Below are positions 1 to 10,626 of a stretch of 64,000 nt of DNA, piece after piece. Origin of the DNA: an uncultured delta proteobacterium (lineage in GTDB: Bacteria > Myxococcota_A > UBA9160 > SZUA-336); contig CAVPHD010000003.1 of the NCBI GenBank assembly GCA_963704165.1, positions 512,001-576,000 on the forward strand, in the 5' to 3' direction. How positions within the stretch are numbered: the first letter of the stretch is position 1; each line of letters begins with the position of its first letter. The translations under genes were made by a program, and so were the position numbers. Below the pieces are notes generated by a model, which searched no databases, had not been told where the DNA came from, and saw only the letters and a program-made list of their open reading frames with translations.

Positions 1-816
1 GCGCAGGTGTCGCTCGCCGCGGAGGCCGTCGCGTCCAACGCGGTCGAGGTCGAGGGCTCCGTGCGCGACATCTCGGACGCGATCACGATGATCCGCGACA
101 ACACGGAGAAGGCCGCGACGGTGAGCCGCCAGGGCGCGGAGAAGGCGGCGCCCGTTCAACAGCTGCTGCGCGAGCTGACCCGGAGTGCGGAGGCCACCGG
201 AAAGATCGTCGCGCTGATCCAGAAGGTCGCCGACCAGACCAATCTCCTCTCGCTCAATGCCTCGATCGAGGCCGCGTCCGCGGGAGAAGCGGGCAAGGGA
301 TTCGCGGTGGTGGCAAACGAGGTCAAGGATCTCGCGCGGGAGACGACCGCGGCGACCAAGAAGATCGAGCTGCAGATCAGCGACATGCAGAGCTTCACCC
401 GCCAGTCGGTGGCGGCGATCGGTCAGATCATCGAGCTGATGGAAGGGGCGAACTCGATCAACTCGTCGATCGCCAACGCGGTCGAGGACCAGACGCGCAC
501 TTCGGCGAAGGTCTTCGAGGCGACGTCGGACTCGACCAAGATGATCGCCGACGTCACGGGAAACATCGGCGAGGCCTCGAACACGGCCGCGGAGGTCGCA
601 GCCAAGGCATCGGACCTGATGCGCGGAGTCGCGGAGATCTCGGAGAACGCCGCAAAGGCCGTGCGCGGATCGCTCGAGGTCGCCGCGCACATCGAGTCGG
701 TGCGCCTCTCGTCGGTGGACTCGTCGAACGAGGCCGCGAACGTGCGCAAGCGCGCTCAGGATCTGACCGAGCTCTCGACCAAGCTCGAGTCGCTCGTCGC
801 TCAGTTCAAGGTCTGA
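1..816 (+). CDS. Methyl-accepting chemotaxis protein, C-terminal signalling domain (5' truncated by window edge)
   Basis: Signature hairpin [40 protein letters not shown]; frame open from position 1. Confidence 0.93.
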   Translation, partial: AQVSLAAEAVASNAVEVEGSVRDISDAITMIRDNTEKAATVSRQGAEKAAPVQQLLRELTRSAEATGKIVALIQKVADQTNLLSLNASIEAASAGEAGKGFAVVANEVKDLARETTAATKKIELQISDMQSFTRQSVAAIGQIIELMEGANSINSSIANAVEDQTRTSAKVFEATSDSTKMIADVTGNIGEASNTAAEVAAKASDLMRGVAEISENAAKAVRGSLEVAAHIESVRLSSVDSSNEAANVRKRAQDLTELSTKLESLVAQFKV

Positions 817-3800
817 TCGGGCACGAGCTCGGTCCGACCGTCCCGATCCTCGACCGCGATCGGAAGACCGTCTCGGTAGATCACCCAGCGCGTGTGGCCC
901 GCCGGAACGCGCGGTCCGGGGGTCAGGATGCCGACGAGGTTCAGCGGATCGGAGGCGGATACGCGCACGATCTCGGACTCGTCCGGCTTCGCGCGCACCC
1001 GACGCAGCGCCGGGATCGCCTCGGGTAGCGCGAACTGCTCGCCGGTGAATCCACTGACGAAGCGTCCGCCACGAACGAGCCCGCGCGCCTCGAGACGCCG
1101 CAGTGCGGAGTGCACGACCCGCCAGCGATCCGGAAGCCACTCCCGCGCGAGCAGATCCCGAAACACCACGCCGTAGCGGCGAAGCAGGCGCCAGGCGGTC
1201 GCCTCGGCGAGCTCGTCGGGATCCGTCGGGTCGCCGTGCACCGCGAGCAAACCCCAACGCCCCTCGGGCGAGGTCAGGCCGGAGGGAAGCACGCGCGCGC
1301 GCCCCGGACGCCGTCGCGGGTGTGAGCGCGACGCGTGGCCGAGAAGACGGCGGAGCGGCGCGAATCCGTCGCAGCTGACCAGACCGTGCGCGATCAGCTC
1401 GCGCAGCGCCTCCTCGACCTGCACGGGCAGGAGACGGCTCGCGACTTCGATCTCTTTGGCGAAGAGCGCGCCTCGCGAACGCAGGAGCGCGAGCACGCGC
1501 TCCGCGGGACCGCGAAGCGGGTCGGGCTCCGCGCGCCCGCTCGACGACGCCTGCAGAAGCGCCTCGAGATCCGCGCGCGGAAAGACACCGATCGGCGTCA
1601 GGCGCGAGGGCTGCGTTCCCGGATCTCCGGCCGACGAAGCGATTCGTCCCCAAGCGGCGGCCCCGGCGAGGCAGAGCGAGTCCAGAAGCGCCGGCTTGTA
1701 GCCCTCGATGCGCGTCGGCAGAAGCGCGCCCTCCCAGGCCGCTGCCGCGGCCTCGAATCCCGAAAGCCGCTCGAGCACCGCCAACACCCCCCCCTCCCCG
1801 ACGAGCCGCGTTCCCGCGGCCAGGTGCTGCCATCCGAGCAGGAAACGCATGAAGACCCGCGCGCTCGTCGGTTCGATCTCGCGGCGAAGGCGCGCGAGCG
1901 TGTAGCGGTGGATGCGCGCGAGCAGGCTCCGGTCGCAGAACTGCTCCGTGCGAAGCGAAGGCTCGAAGCGGCCACGCAAAGCGACGCCTCGACCCTCGAG
2001 TCGCGCGAGCGACGACTCGACCGCGCCCGCTTCGACACCGATTCGTGTCGCGAGTCCGCTCGCCGTCACGGGCCCGAGCAGGGCGAGGTGGCCGCGAACC
2101 GCGGCGTCGAGCGCCGCATCGGCGTCACAGGATCTTCCCTCGAGTGCGGGCGGAAGTGCGGGGACCGGTTCGAGAACGGACCTCGGGAACAACGCGCGCG
2201 CTTCGGCCAGCCTCTCGGTCGCGAACACGCGTGCGTCATCCGGCGTGAGCACGCGCGCGCCACGCCCGTCCGCGACGAGCTCCTCGACCCGGCCCCTCCC
2301 GCCCATCGGCAGATCGGCGAGTCGCAGCACCACGCAGTCGCAGAGCAGCTCGTGCAGCTCGTCCGCGTTTCGCACCTCGGGTGTCGCCTCGTCGCGGACG
2401 CGAGCGATGGCCTCGGCGTCGAGCTTGGCGAGCTCACGAGCGTCCTCGGGCAGCGCATGGCGAAGCGACACGGCGCGCGTTCGCCGCTCCTCGAGCGGCG
2501 CGTCGTCGAGAAACGCATAAGGGCGGGCCGTCAGGATCTCGTGGCTGAACGGCGACGGCTCCACCGTGTCGAGACAGTGCATGCGCACGTCGCCCGACTC
2601 CAGACCCCGAAGCAGCGACTCGAGCCCGCGCACGTCGGCGGCCTCGGACAGGCAATCGCGCATCGTCTGCGAGACGAGCGGGTGATCCGGAATCTCGATC
2701 GGATAGCTGACGTTCTCCTGACAGGCCGTCTGCTCCGGAAATGCCGCGGCGAGCAGATCGTCGGCCTGCATGCGCTGGATCGGAAACGGCACGCGTCCCT
2801 TCCCTCGCGCGCGAAGCACCGCGAGGGAGCGCGTCGAGTTCCAACGCCAGCGAGCGGTAAAGAGCGGCGATCCGAGCAACGCCTGCTCGAGCACCTCGGC
2901 GCAGGTCCGCGAGGAGAGGAATCGCGGCAGGAGCGACAGGTCGAAGGTCTGCGGACTCCCGAGCGAGAGCACGATCGCGTCATCCGTCGCCGCAGCCTGC
3001 AGCTCCATGTCGAACGACGCGCAGAAACGCTTGCGGAGCGCGAGACCGAAGGCGCGATTCACGCGCGCACCGAGTGGCGCGTGCACGACGAGCTGCATCC
3101 CTCCCGCCTCGTCGAAGAACCGCTCCGCGAGCAGGTCGGTACGCGTCGGCACGAATCCGACCGCCTGCCGTTGGGCTTCGACGTAGCGCGCGATCTGCGT
3201 CGCGCCGACCTCGTCGAGCGCGCACTTCGAGGCGAGCCACGCGACGGCCACGTCCGATCCGTGTTCGAGCGACCGCGCGACCTCGGCGCGAAGGTCCGAC
3301 ACCTCGGTGGAGAGCTCCTCGGTCCGCGAAGGCGCTTCCCCGAGCCAGAACGGAATCGTCGGCGGCGCGCCCTGCGCATCGGTCACGCGGACGATGCCCG
3401 ACTCGACGCGGCGGATGCGCCAGCTGTGGGTGCCGAGCAGGAACACGTCCCCGGCCATGCTCTCGATCGCCCAGTCCTCGTTCACGCTGCCGATCGTGGT
3501 GTCGTCGGGATCGAGCACGACTTTGTAGTCACCGAGCTCGGGGATCGCGCCACCCGACATCATCGCCGCGATCCGCGCACCCCGGCGACCGCGCAGCCGG
3601 CCGTGCACCTGATCGCGGTGCAGCCATGCCCCGCGCCTTCCGCGCGGGGTCTCGAATCCGCGCGCGAGCATCTCGAGCACGGCGTCGAACTCCGCGCGCG
3701 GAAGTGCGCGGTAGACCCAGGTGCCGCGCACGAGCTCGAAGAGCGCGCTCTCGTCCCAGTCCTCCGCGGAGCAGGCGGCGACGATCTGCTGCGCCAGGAT

Positions 3801-5027
3801 GTCGAGCGGCGCGTCCGGTATCGAGATCCGGTCCAGGCGTCCCGCGCGCACGGCTCGGACGAGCGCGGCGCACTCGATCAGCTCGTCGCGTGAGGTCGGA
3901 ATGATCCGGCCCTTCGGGCGCAGGCCGAGCGCGTGCCCCGAACGGCCGATGCGCTGCAGAAGGGTCGCGATGCTGCGCGGAGAGCCGATCTGACAGACGA
4001 GCTCGATCTCGCCGATGTCGATGCCGAGTTCGAGCGAGGCCGTGGCGACGAGCGCGCGCAGCTCGCCCGACTTGAGCCGCGCCTCGACGCGCAGGCGCCG
4101 CTCGCGCGACAGGCTGCCGTGGTGCGCGGCGACGTGCTCGGCGCCGATGCGCTCGCCGAGCCGGTGCGCGAGCCGCTCGGCGAGTCGTCGTGTGTTCGCG
4201 AAGATCAGCGTGGTGCGGTGCTTCTCGGTGTAACCCGCGATCATCTCGACCAGATCGTCCCACTGTTCCTTCGACGCCACGGCTCCGAGGTCTTCGTTCG
4301 GTGGAACGTCGATCGCGAGATCGAGGTCGCGTTGGTGGCCGAGATCGACGATCGAACACGGTCTCGTCTCGGAGCCGACCAGGAAGCGTGCGATCGTCTC
4401 GATCGGCCGTTGCGTGGCCGAGAGCCCGATCCGCATCGGCCGGGCCTCGGCGAGCGCGTCGAGCCGCGCGAGCGAGAGCGCGAGGTGAGAGCCGCGCTTG
4501 TCACGCGCGAGCGCGTGGATCTCGTCCACGATCAGCGTGCGCGCGGTCTTCAGGATGCCGCGGCTCTTCTCCGCGGTGAGCATCACGTACAGCGACTCGG
4601 GAGTCGTCACCAGGATGTGTGGAGGCCGGCGCAGCATCCCCCGACGTTCCGACGCCGAGGTATCGCCGGTGCGCACCAGCGCGCGGATCTCGGGGAGCTC
4701 GATGCCCATCTCGCGCGCCTGCGCGCGGATCTCCGAGAGTGGCTGCTCGAGGTTGCGCTGGATGTCGTGCGAGAGTGCGCGAAGCGGCGATACGTACACT
4801 GCCTCGAGCCGGTCCTCGAGCGTGCCGTCGAGCGCGCGCCGCACCAATCGATCGATCACGAGCAGGAACGCGGCGAGTGTCTTGCCCGAGCCGGTCGGTG
4901 CCGCGATCAAGACGTCTTCGCCGCGCGCGATCGCGGGCCAACCCTGCGCCTGCGACGGCGTCGGTGCTCGGAAGCGGCGCTCGAACCAGGCTCGGACCGG
5001 AGGCGAGAGGTCGAGCGCTGCGGTCAT
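801..5027 (-). CDS. lhr: Lhr-family ATP-dependent DEAD/DEAH-box helicase
   Basis: 1408 aa; [43 protein letters not shown]; Lhr-type C-terminus ([25 protein letters not shown]). Confidence 0.93.
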   Translation of the reverse strand: MTAALDLSPPVRAWFERRFRAPTPSQAQGWPAIARGEDVLIAAPTGSGKTLAAFLLVIDRLVRRALDGTLEDRLEAVYVSPLRALSHDIQRNLEQPLSEIRAQAREMGIELPEIRALVRTGDTSASERRGMLRRPPHILVTTPESLYVMLTAEKSRGILKTARTLIVDEIHALARDKRGSHLALSLARLDALAEARPMRIGLSATQRPIETIARFLVGSETRPCSIVDLGHQRDLDLAIDVPPNEDLGAVASKEQWDDLVEMIAGYTEKHRTTLIFANTRRLAERLAHRLGERIGAEHVAAHHGSLSRERRLRVEARLKSGELRALVATASLELGIDIGEIELVCQIGSPRSIATLLQRIGRSGHALGLRPKGRIIPTSRDELIECAALVRAVRAGRLDRISIPDAPLDILAQQIVAACSAEDWDESALFELVRGTWVYRALPRAEFDAVLEMLARGFETPRGRRGAWLHRDQVHGRLRGRRGARIAAMMSGGAIPELGDYKVVLDPDDTTIGSVNEDWAIESMAGDVFLLGTHSWRIRRVESGIVRVTDAQGAPPTIPFWLGEAPSRTEELSTEVSDLRAEVARSLEHGSDVAVAWLASKCALDEVGATQIARYVEAQRQAVGFVPTRTDLLAERFFDEAGGMQLVVHAPLGARVNRAFGLALRKRFCASFDMELQAAATDDAIVLSLGSPQTFDLSLLPRFLSSRTCAEVLEQALLGSPLFTARWRWNSTRSLAVLRARGKGRVPFPIQRMQADDLLAAAFPEQTACQENVSYPIEIPDHPLVSQTMRDCLSEAADVRGLESLLRGLESGDVRMHCLDTVEPSPFSHEILTARPYAFLDDAPLEERRTRAVSLRHALPEDARELAKLDAEAIARVRDEATPEVRNADELHELLCDCVVLRLADLPMGGRGRVEELVADGRGARVLTPDDARVFATERLAEARALFPRSVLEPVPALPPALEGRSCDADAALDAAVRGHLALLGPVTASGLATRIGVEAGAVESSLARLEGRGVALRGRFEPSLRTEQFCDRSLLARIHRYTLARLRREIEPTSARVFMRFLLGWQHLAAGTRLVGEGGVLAVLERLSGFEAAAAAWEGALLPTRIEGYKPALLDSLCLAGAAAWGRIASSAGDPGTQPSRLTPIGVFPRADLEALLQASSSGRAEPDPLRGPAERVLALLRSRGALFAKEIEVASRLLPVQVEEALRELIAHGLVSCDGFAPLRRLLGHASRSHPRRRPGRARVLPSGLTSPEGRWGLLAVHGDPTDPDELAEATAWRLLRRYGVVFRDLLAREWLPDRWRVVHSALRRLEARGLVRGGRFVSGFTGEQFALPEAIPALRRVRAKPDESEIVRVSASDPLNLVGILTPGPRVPAGHTRWVIYRDGLPIAVEDRDGRTELVPDQTLN

Positions 5028-5030
5028 CGG

Positions 5031-5987
5031 CTACGCGGAGAGGCCGCGCGTCTCGGGCAGGCCGAGCATCGTGTTCAGGTTCTGGATCGCGAGGCCCGCG
5101 GCGCCTTTGCCGAGGTTGTCGAGGACGGCCATCAGGCGCACGTGACCCGCCGGGTTCGGCAGCACGCGCAGATCGATGCGATTGGTGTCGTTGCAGCCGC
5201 GCGGATCGAAGCTGCGCTCGTCGGAGTCGAGCGGCTCGCGGATCGGCAGCACGCGCACGAAGGGCTCGGCCCGATAGCGCGCATCGAGCGCCTCCCAGAT
5301 CGACTTGCCCGAGACGCCGCTCGCGAGCAGCGCGGCGTGCAGCGGAATCTGCACGCGCATTCCGCACCGGAACGGACCGACGGAGGGCGCGAACTCGGGC
5401 CCGTGCACGAGCCCGCTCCAGCGCGTCATTTCCGGCACGTGCTTGTGCACGCGATCGAGCGCGTAGGGTGCCTCGTGGACGTGCGTGAGCAGCCCCGTCG
5501 CCGGGTCCTCCCACTTCGCGATCATCTCGCGCCCGCCGCCCGAGTAGCCGGACACGCCGTGCGCGGAGATCGGCGTGTCGCGCGCGACGAGACCCGCGTC
5601 GATGAGCGGACGCAGGAGCAGGATCACGGCGGTCGCCCAGCAGCCGGGATTCGATACGCGAGACGCGGTCGCGATCCGACCGCGCTGCTCCGGATCGAGC
5701 TCCGGCAGACCGTAGACCCAGCCCGGCGCGACCCGGTGCGCGACGCTGGCGTCGAGAATCCGCGTGCGCGCCCCGTCCGCGAAGCCGACCGCCTCGCGCG
5801 CGGCGTCGTCGGGAAGACAGAGCACGGCGAGATCCGCAGTCGCGATCGCATCCCTGCGCGCGGACGCGTCCTTGCGCAGCGCTTCGGGCAGCTCGCAGAG
5901 CTCGAGGTCGTCGCGGCCCGCGAGCCAGTCGCGAATGCGCAGACCCGTCGTACCCATGTGACCGTCGATGAAGACGCGCGGCGGCAT
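5031..5987 (-). CDS. argC: N-acetyl-gamma-glutamyl-phosphate reductase (short, type 2 form)
   Basis: VFIDGHMGTTGLRI, SNPGCW, GVSGYSGGG, LDNLGKGAAG motifs. Confidence 0.93.
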   Translation of the reverse strand: MPPRVFIDGHMGTTGLRIRDWLAGRDDLELCELPEALRKDASARRDAIATADLAVLCLPDDAAREAVGFADGARTRILDASVAHRVAPGWVYGLPELDPEQRGRIATASRVSNPGCWATAVILLLRPLIDAGLVARDTPISAHGVSGYSGGGREMIAKWEDPATGLLTHVHEAPYALDRVHKHVPEMTRWSGLVHGPEFAPSVGPFRCGMRVQIPLHAALLASGVSGKSIWEALDARYRAEPFVRVLPIREPLDSDERSFDPRGCNDTNRIDLRVLPNPAGHVRLMAVLDNLGKGAAGLAIQNLNTMLGLPETRGLSA

Positions 5988-5993
5988 TCGGGC

Positions 5994-5999
5994 AGTATA
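5994..5999 (-). promoter_or_regulatory. -10 element (TATACT) 6 nt upstream of the argC ATG; leaderless promoter
   Basis: Minus strand TATACT-GCCCGA-ATG; no Shine-Dalgarno. Confidence 0.65.
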
Positions 6000-6012
6000 C
6001 CCGTGCGTCCTC

Positions 6013-7470
6013 TCAGGGCGACTTCGCGGGAGCGGCCGGAATCGGCTCGGGCACGACCGAGAGGTTGCGCTCGCGGCGTCGTCGGTCGCGCTTCTCGCCG
6101 ACCTCGTCCTCGATCGCCTCCGCGCGAAGGGCGAGCTCGGAGTTCCGCTCGCGCAGCGCGGCGAGCCAGACCTCGAGCTGCCGAGGCGCGGCGTAGATGC
6201 GGAACCGGAAGAGCGCGGCGGTTCCGCGATCGCTCTCGACGCGGAGCTCGACGTCGTTCGCGCCGGGCGCGAGCGCGAGCGCTCCTTGCAGACGCGTGCG
6301 ATCCGGCTGGAGCAGATCCGCGCGCTCGATGCCGAGCGTCGCGTTGCGCGCGACGACGGATCCGATCCGGTTCGACACCAGCGCCGGAAGCGCCAACTGG
6401 ATGGCTTCCGGACCCGGCACCCGAACCAATCGCCCGCCGGTGTCGGAAGCGACCTGGTGCCAGAGACGTGCGCTGCGATCGGGTTCGAAGAGCAACGGAT
6501 GCACCTTCAGGACCTTGCGCGCGCGGCGTGCGAAGCTCGCGAGCTGCACCATGTCGGACGTGCCGTCCGCACGGCTGAAGCGGTGGCTCGCGGGACACGG
6601 CGAAGGATTGCTCCGCGCCCGGCATGCCGCGACGGCCGCGTCCGAGAGCGAGCGCCCATCGCAATCGAGAAAGCGTCCCGAGAACGGGGCGTCACCGTCG
6701 GTGAGAACGACGATCTCCCGGACGACACCGTCAGGTGTCGCTTCCAGCCACTCGCGCGCCGTCCAGAGCGCGCAGACGGCGTCGGTGCGGCCCTCTCCGA
6801 TCGGGTGCTCCTCGCGAAATCGTGCGAGCGCGGCGCGCAATCCGTCGACGGAGAGCCCTGGCTCCGCCACCGGCCAGGTCGTCTCGCCGAACGCGATCAC
6901 GCCGATCTCGAGCCAGTCGTCGCCGGACAGATCGAGCAGATGATCGAGCGCGCGCCGCTCGGCTTCGAGCACGGGCACGACCTCGGGCGTGCCGTCCGCC
7001 GTCTGGAAGACGGTGGTCGAGTTCGCGCTCGCGGAGGCGTCGATCAGGATCACGACGCGGCGCGGCCCGTCGCCGCGTGCGAGCTGCAGCGCCCCTTCGA
7101 TCGGAAGCTCGAGCCCGTCGACGACCGGCACGATCACGCTTCCGCCCGCTTCCGCGGTGACGAGCGGCCAGCGCAGGGTGACCCCGAGATTCGCCCAGAC
7201 CGGACCGTAGATCGCCTGCGCCGGCCACTCGCTCCGCACGCGTGCGGCGAGCTCGGCGCGCAGGGGCTCCGGCCAGGCCGGTGCGTTCGGCGCGCGCAGG
7301 AGATCGACGCCCTCCGGCGTGCCCATCGGTACCGGCGCCTGCGCGTCGGCCGGATAGGGATCGTGTGCGGGTGGATCGGGCCGCTGGTAGCGCTCGCGCG
7401 CGCCGGCGCTGCTCGCGGCGAGAATCGCGAAGACGCAGCCGAGAGCGAGGGCCCGGAAGGGAGGTCGCAC
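6013..7470 (-). CDS. Secreted von Willebrand factor A (vWA) domain protein
   Basis: Signal peptide (ALALGCVFAILAASSAGA); MIDAS motif VVILIDASAS, later GRTD and VLTDG; Ig-like segments; C-terminal coiled coil. Confidence 0.8.
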   Translation of the reverse strand: MRPPFRALALGCVFAILAASSAGARERYQRPDPPAHDPYPADAQAPVPMGTPEGVDLLRAPNAPAWPEPLRAELAARVRSEWPAQAIYGPVWANLGVTLRWPLVTAEAGGSVIVPVVDGLELPIEGALQLARGDGPRRVVILIDASASANSTTVFQTADGTPEVVPVLEAERRALDHLLDLSGDDWLEIGVIAFGETTWPVAEPGLSVDGLRAALARFREEHPIGEGRTDAVCALWTAREWLEATPDGVVREIVVLTDGDAPFSGRFLDCDGRSLSDAAVAACRARSNPSPCPASHRFSRADGTSDMVQLASFARRARKVLKVHPLLFEPDRSARLWHQVASDTGGRLVRVPGPEAIQLALPALVSNRIGSVVARNATLGIERADLLQPDRTRLQGALALAPGANDVELRVESDRGTAALFRFRIYAAPRQLEVWLAALRERNSELALRAEAIEDEVGEKRDRRRRERNLSVVPEPIPAAPAKSP

Positions 7471-7548
7471 GCAGTTTCGAGCGGCGCGGCGGCGGAGAAA
7501 CCTGAGAGCCCGATCGACCGTCCGAAAGCCGGGGAATTGCTTCGGATT

Positions 7549-7577
7549 TTGACCGAGGTCCCCGACCCCCGTAGACT
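7549..7577 (+). promoter_or_regulatory. sigma70-type promoter of cysH
   Basis: TTGACC-17 nt-TAGACT, then SD AGGAG at 7592-7596. Confidence 0.65.
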
Positions 7578-7602
7578 CGCGACCGCGAGTCAGGAGAAGC
7601 GG

Positions 7603-8382
7603 ATGGCGGAAGTGGTGAAGCTCGAGAAGGCCGGCGGACGCGTCTCGGCCGCAGTCACCGCGGAAATCGACTCCGGTCGGCTCGACCGCCTCTCCGCCGA
7701 GGCACTGCTCCGCTGGGGTTTCGAGCGGTTCGCGCCGCGCATCGCGCTATCCGCGGGCTTCGGCTCCCCGGACGGAATGGTCCTGCTCGACATGATGCAC
7801 CAAATCGATCCGAGCCGGACACGCGTGTTCACGCTCGACACCGGCCGGCTCCCACAGGAGACCTACAACCTGATGGACCGGATCCGCGACCGGTACGAGA
7901 TCGAGGTCGAGGTGTACTTCCCGAATCCCGAGCGCGTTCAGAAGATGGTGCGCCAGCACGGGCTGAATCTGTTCTACGAGACCGAGGAGAAGCGAAAGCT
8001 CTGCTGCGCGGTGCGCAAGGTCGAACCGCTCGAGCGCGCGCTCGGACCTCTCGACGCCTGGATCAGCGGGCTCCGCCCGGAGCAGAGCGTGACGCGCGCG
8101 GAGGTCTCCACGGTCGAGATCGACGAGGTGCACGGTGGCCGCGTGAAGCTGAATCCGCTCGCCGCGTGGACGAAGGACGAAGTCTGGGCGTACGTGAAGA
8201 AGCACGCCGTTCCGATCAACGCGCTCCACGCGCAGGGCTACCCGTCGGTGGGATGTGCGCCGTGCTCACGCGCGATCCGCGAGGGCGAGGACGAGCGCGC
8301 GGGCCGTTGGTGGTGGGAGAGACCCGAGAACCGCGAGTGCGGGATCCACACCGGCTACGAGGAAGAGGGCTCGGGAATCTGA
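7603..8382 (+). CDS. cysH: Adenylylsulfate/phosphoadenylylsulfate reductase (4Fe-4S APS-reductase type)
   Basis: LDTGRL, CC pair (KLCCAVRKV), CxxC (SVGCAPCS), ERAGRW, ECGIH; start reassigned to ATG 7603 after the SD. Confidence 0.93.
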   Translation: MAEVVKLEKAGGRVSAAVTAEIDSGRLDRLSAEALLRWGFERFAPRIALSAGFGSPDGMVLLDMMHQIDPSRTRVFTLDTGRLPQETYNLMDRIRDRYEIEVEVYFPNPERVQKMVRQHGLNLFYETEEKRKLCCAVRKVEPLERALGPLDAWISGLRPEQSVTRAEVSTVEIDEVHGGRVKLNPLAAWTKDEVWAYVKKHAVPINALHAQGYPSVGCAPCSRAIREGEDERAGRWWWERPENRECGIHTGYEEEGSGI

Positions 8383-8717
8383 CCCGAATCCGCGGCGTCG
8401 CGGTCTCCGTCGTCAACGGAGATGAACACGTCGTCGCCTTCGACACGCACCGCGAAGCGCCTCAGATCCTCGGTCACGATCCCGCCGCCGGCCGCGCCCG
8501 TCTTCACGTTGAAGCGGCCGCCGTGCAGCGGACACTCGAGCTCGTCGCCCTCGAAGTAGCCGTCGCTGAGGCACGCGAAGGCGTGCGTGCAGATGTTGTC
8601 GATCGCGTAGAACGAGCCCTCGAGATTGCAGAGCGCGATGTCGAAGCCCGAAACGCGGACGCGCCGGACCTCGCCCGGCGCGAGTTCGCGAACGCTCGCG
8701 ACGCGCCTCCAGACCAT
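8355..8717 (-). CDS. Rieske-type [2Fe-2S] ferredoxin
   Basis: CTH...ECPLH motif, 120 aa. Confidence 0.9.
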   Translation of the reverse strand: MVWRRVASVRELAPGEVRRVRVSGFDIALCNLEGSFYAIDNICTHAFACLSDGYFEGDELECPLHGGRFNVKTGAAGGGIVTEDLRRFAVRVEGDDVFISVDDGDRDAADSGQIPEPSSS

Positions 8718-8721
8718 CGCG

Positions 8722-9285
8722 CTACGCCAGGTCCGCGTGACGCGGACAGCTCGTGAGGTGATCGTTCACCATCCCCACCGACTGCATGTACGCGTAGCAG
8801 ATCGTCGATCCGACGAACGTGAAGCCGCGTCGCCGGAGATCCCTGGAGAGCGCGTCCGACTCCGGCGTCTGCGCCGGAACGTCGGAGATCTTCCGGAATC
8901 GATTCACGCGGGGTCGACCGCCGACGAACCCCCACACGTAGCGGTCGAAGCTGCCGCGTTCGGCGACGACCTCGAGAAACGCGCGGGCGTTCCCGATCGC
9001 GGAGGAGATCTTCAGGCGATTGCGGACGATGCCCGGATCTTCGAGCAGCTTCGCTCGTCTCTTTTCGGTGTAGCGCGCGACGCGTTCGGGATCGAAATCG
9101 TCGAACGCGCGCCGGTAGCCGTCTCGCTTGCGCAGGATCGTGAGCCAGGAGAGCCCCGCCTGGGCGCCTTCCAGGATCAGCATCTCGAAGAGCCGTCGGT
9201 CGTCGTGCAGCGGCACGCCCCACTGCTCGTCATGATACGGGATGTAGAGCGGATCCTTCTCGGCCCACGGACAACGCGCGCTCAA
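8722..9285 (-). CDS. tag: DNA-3-methyladenine glycosylase I
   Basis: RCPW, YHDEQWG, LEGAQAGLSWLTIL, IVRNRLKI, FVGSTICYAYMQ, NDHLTSC; TTG start overlapping the upstream TGA. Confidence 0.93.
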   Translation of the reverse strand: MSARCPWAEKDPLYIPYHDEQWGVPLHDDRRLFEMLILEGAQAGLSWLTILRKRDGYRRAFDDFDPERVARYTEKRRAKLLEDPGIVRNRLKISSAIGNARAFLEVVAERGSFDRYVWGFVGGRPRVNRFRKISDVPAQTPESDALSRDLRRRGFTFVGSTICYAYMQSVGMVNDHLTSCPRHADLA

Positions 9286-10616
9286 CCGGCGAACTCCTCG
9301 AAGACCTCGGCGCAGTCGACGCGTGCGCCGATGTGCGCGAGCAGCAGATAGGTCCCCGCGAGCTTGCGGTGCAGGAAGATCAGCTCGGTCGTTGGTGCGC
9401 GCAGTCCGCGGCGCGTGTAGGCATCGATACCGAGCTCGCGCACCTCGCGAGCGAGCTCGGACGTCGCGAAGTCGTACGGCCCCGCGAAGCGAAGCGGCTC
9501 GGCGACGCGCTCGCACAGACGCGCGAACGCGGCGCGCGCCTCCGGGGACTCGTCGCCGCGAAGAAGCCCGAGCGCGTTGGCGCGCTCCTCGACCCGCTCC
9601 GCGTCCTTCTCGATCGTCGCTGCGATCAGCTCGGCGTAGTGACCGGTGAAGTGCGCCGAGAAGCTGCGCACCGCCCCGAAGTCGAGCAGCGCCACGCGCT
9701 CCTGCTTCGGCTCGAACAGGTAGTTCGCGAAGTTCGGGTCGGTCTGAACGAATCGGAACTCGAAGAGCTCGCGGAAGACCAGCCGGAGGAGCTTCGTGCC
9801 GATCTCGTCGCGCCGGCTCTGCGGATGTTCGGGCGAACGCAGGTCCTCGATCGGCAAGCCGCGAACCCGGTCCAGGGCGAGCACGCTCCGCGTCGAGAGA
9901 TCCGCGTGCACGCGCGGGACGAGCACGCCGGGATCTTCACCGACGAGCGCTCGATAGCGCTCCTGGCTCCGCGCCTCGCGCGCGTAGTCCGCTTCGCGCC
10001 GCAGCTCCTGCTTCAGCTCGGGGATCACAGCGTCGAGGTCGAGTCCCGAAGGCACGAGCCGCAGGCCGCGAAGCACGAGCGCGAGATTGTCGACGTCACC
10101 GTCGATGCTGCGTTCGATCCCCGGGTACTGCAGCTTCAGCGCCAGGTCGCGCCCGTCGCGCGCGGTGGCCGCGTGCACCTGTCCGATCGAAGCCGCGGCC
10201 AGCGGCTCGAAGTCGAACTCCGCGAAGCGGCTCTTCCAGGCGCGGCCGAACTCGCGCCCGAGCACCTGCCGGACCTGCGCCTCGGGCATGAAGTGCGCCT
10301 GATTCTGCAGCTGCGCCAAGGCTTCACGCAGTCGCGGCGGAAGCATTCCCTCCCCCTGCAGCGAGAGCAGCTGACCGAGCTTCATCGCAGCGCCGCGCAG
10401 GTCCGCAAGCGTCTCGGAGAGCCGGATCGCATTCGCGCTCGTCATCAAGAGCGAGCCGCTGCGGTCACCCGAGCCGGTCGCACGCCGCAGCACCTCGAGC
10501 GCCGACTCTCCCGCGATTCCCGCGAGAAGTCCCGCGAGCCGCGCGATCCGCTCGGCACGTCCGTCCGGCACGCGCGAAGTCTTCTGTCGCGCTCGTGGCG
10601 TCGGACGATCCGTCAT
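9282..10616 (-). CDS. ABC1/AarF/UbiB-family atypical kinase
   Basis: RGAAMKLGQ, AAASIGQVH, KLQYPG, QTDPNFAN, LDFG. Confidence 0.92.
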   Translation of the reverse strand: MTDRPTPRARQKTSRVPDGRAERIARLAGLLAGIAGESALEVLRRATGSGDRSGSLLMTSANAIRLSETLADLRGAAMKLGQLLSLQGEGMLPPRLREALAQLQNQAHFMPEAQVRQVLGREFGRAWKSRFAEFDFEPLAAASIGQVHAATARDGRDLALKLQYPGIERSIDGDVDNLALVLRGLRLVPSGLDLDAVIPELKQELRREADYAREARSQERYRALVGEDPGVLVPRVHADLSTRSVLALDRVRGLPIEDLRSPEHPQSRRDEIGTKLLRLVFRELFEFRFVQTDPNFANYLFEPKQERVALLDFGAVRSFSAHFTGHYAELIAATIEKDAERVEERANALGLLRGDESPEARAAFARLCERVAEPLRFAGPYDFATSELAREVRELGIDAYTRRGLRAPTTELIFLHRKLAGTYLLLAHIGARVDCAEVFEEFAG

Positions 10617-10626
10617 GCGCGTGAGT

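Noticed and set aside
1335..6578. Long plus-strand ORFs (852 aa, 881 aa) opposite lhr and argC
   Set aside because: Antisense shadow ORFs typical of high-GC DNA; Arg/Ala-rich with no motifs
5968..7602. Apparent 545-aa N-terminal extension on CysH
   Set aside because: It is the antisense of the vWA gene; promoter and SD support the start at 7603
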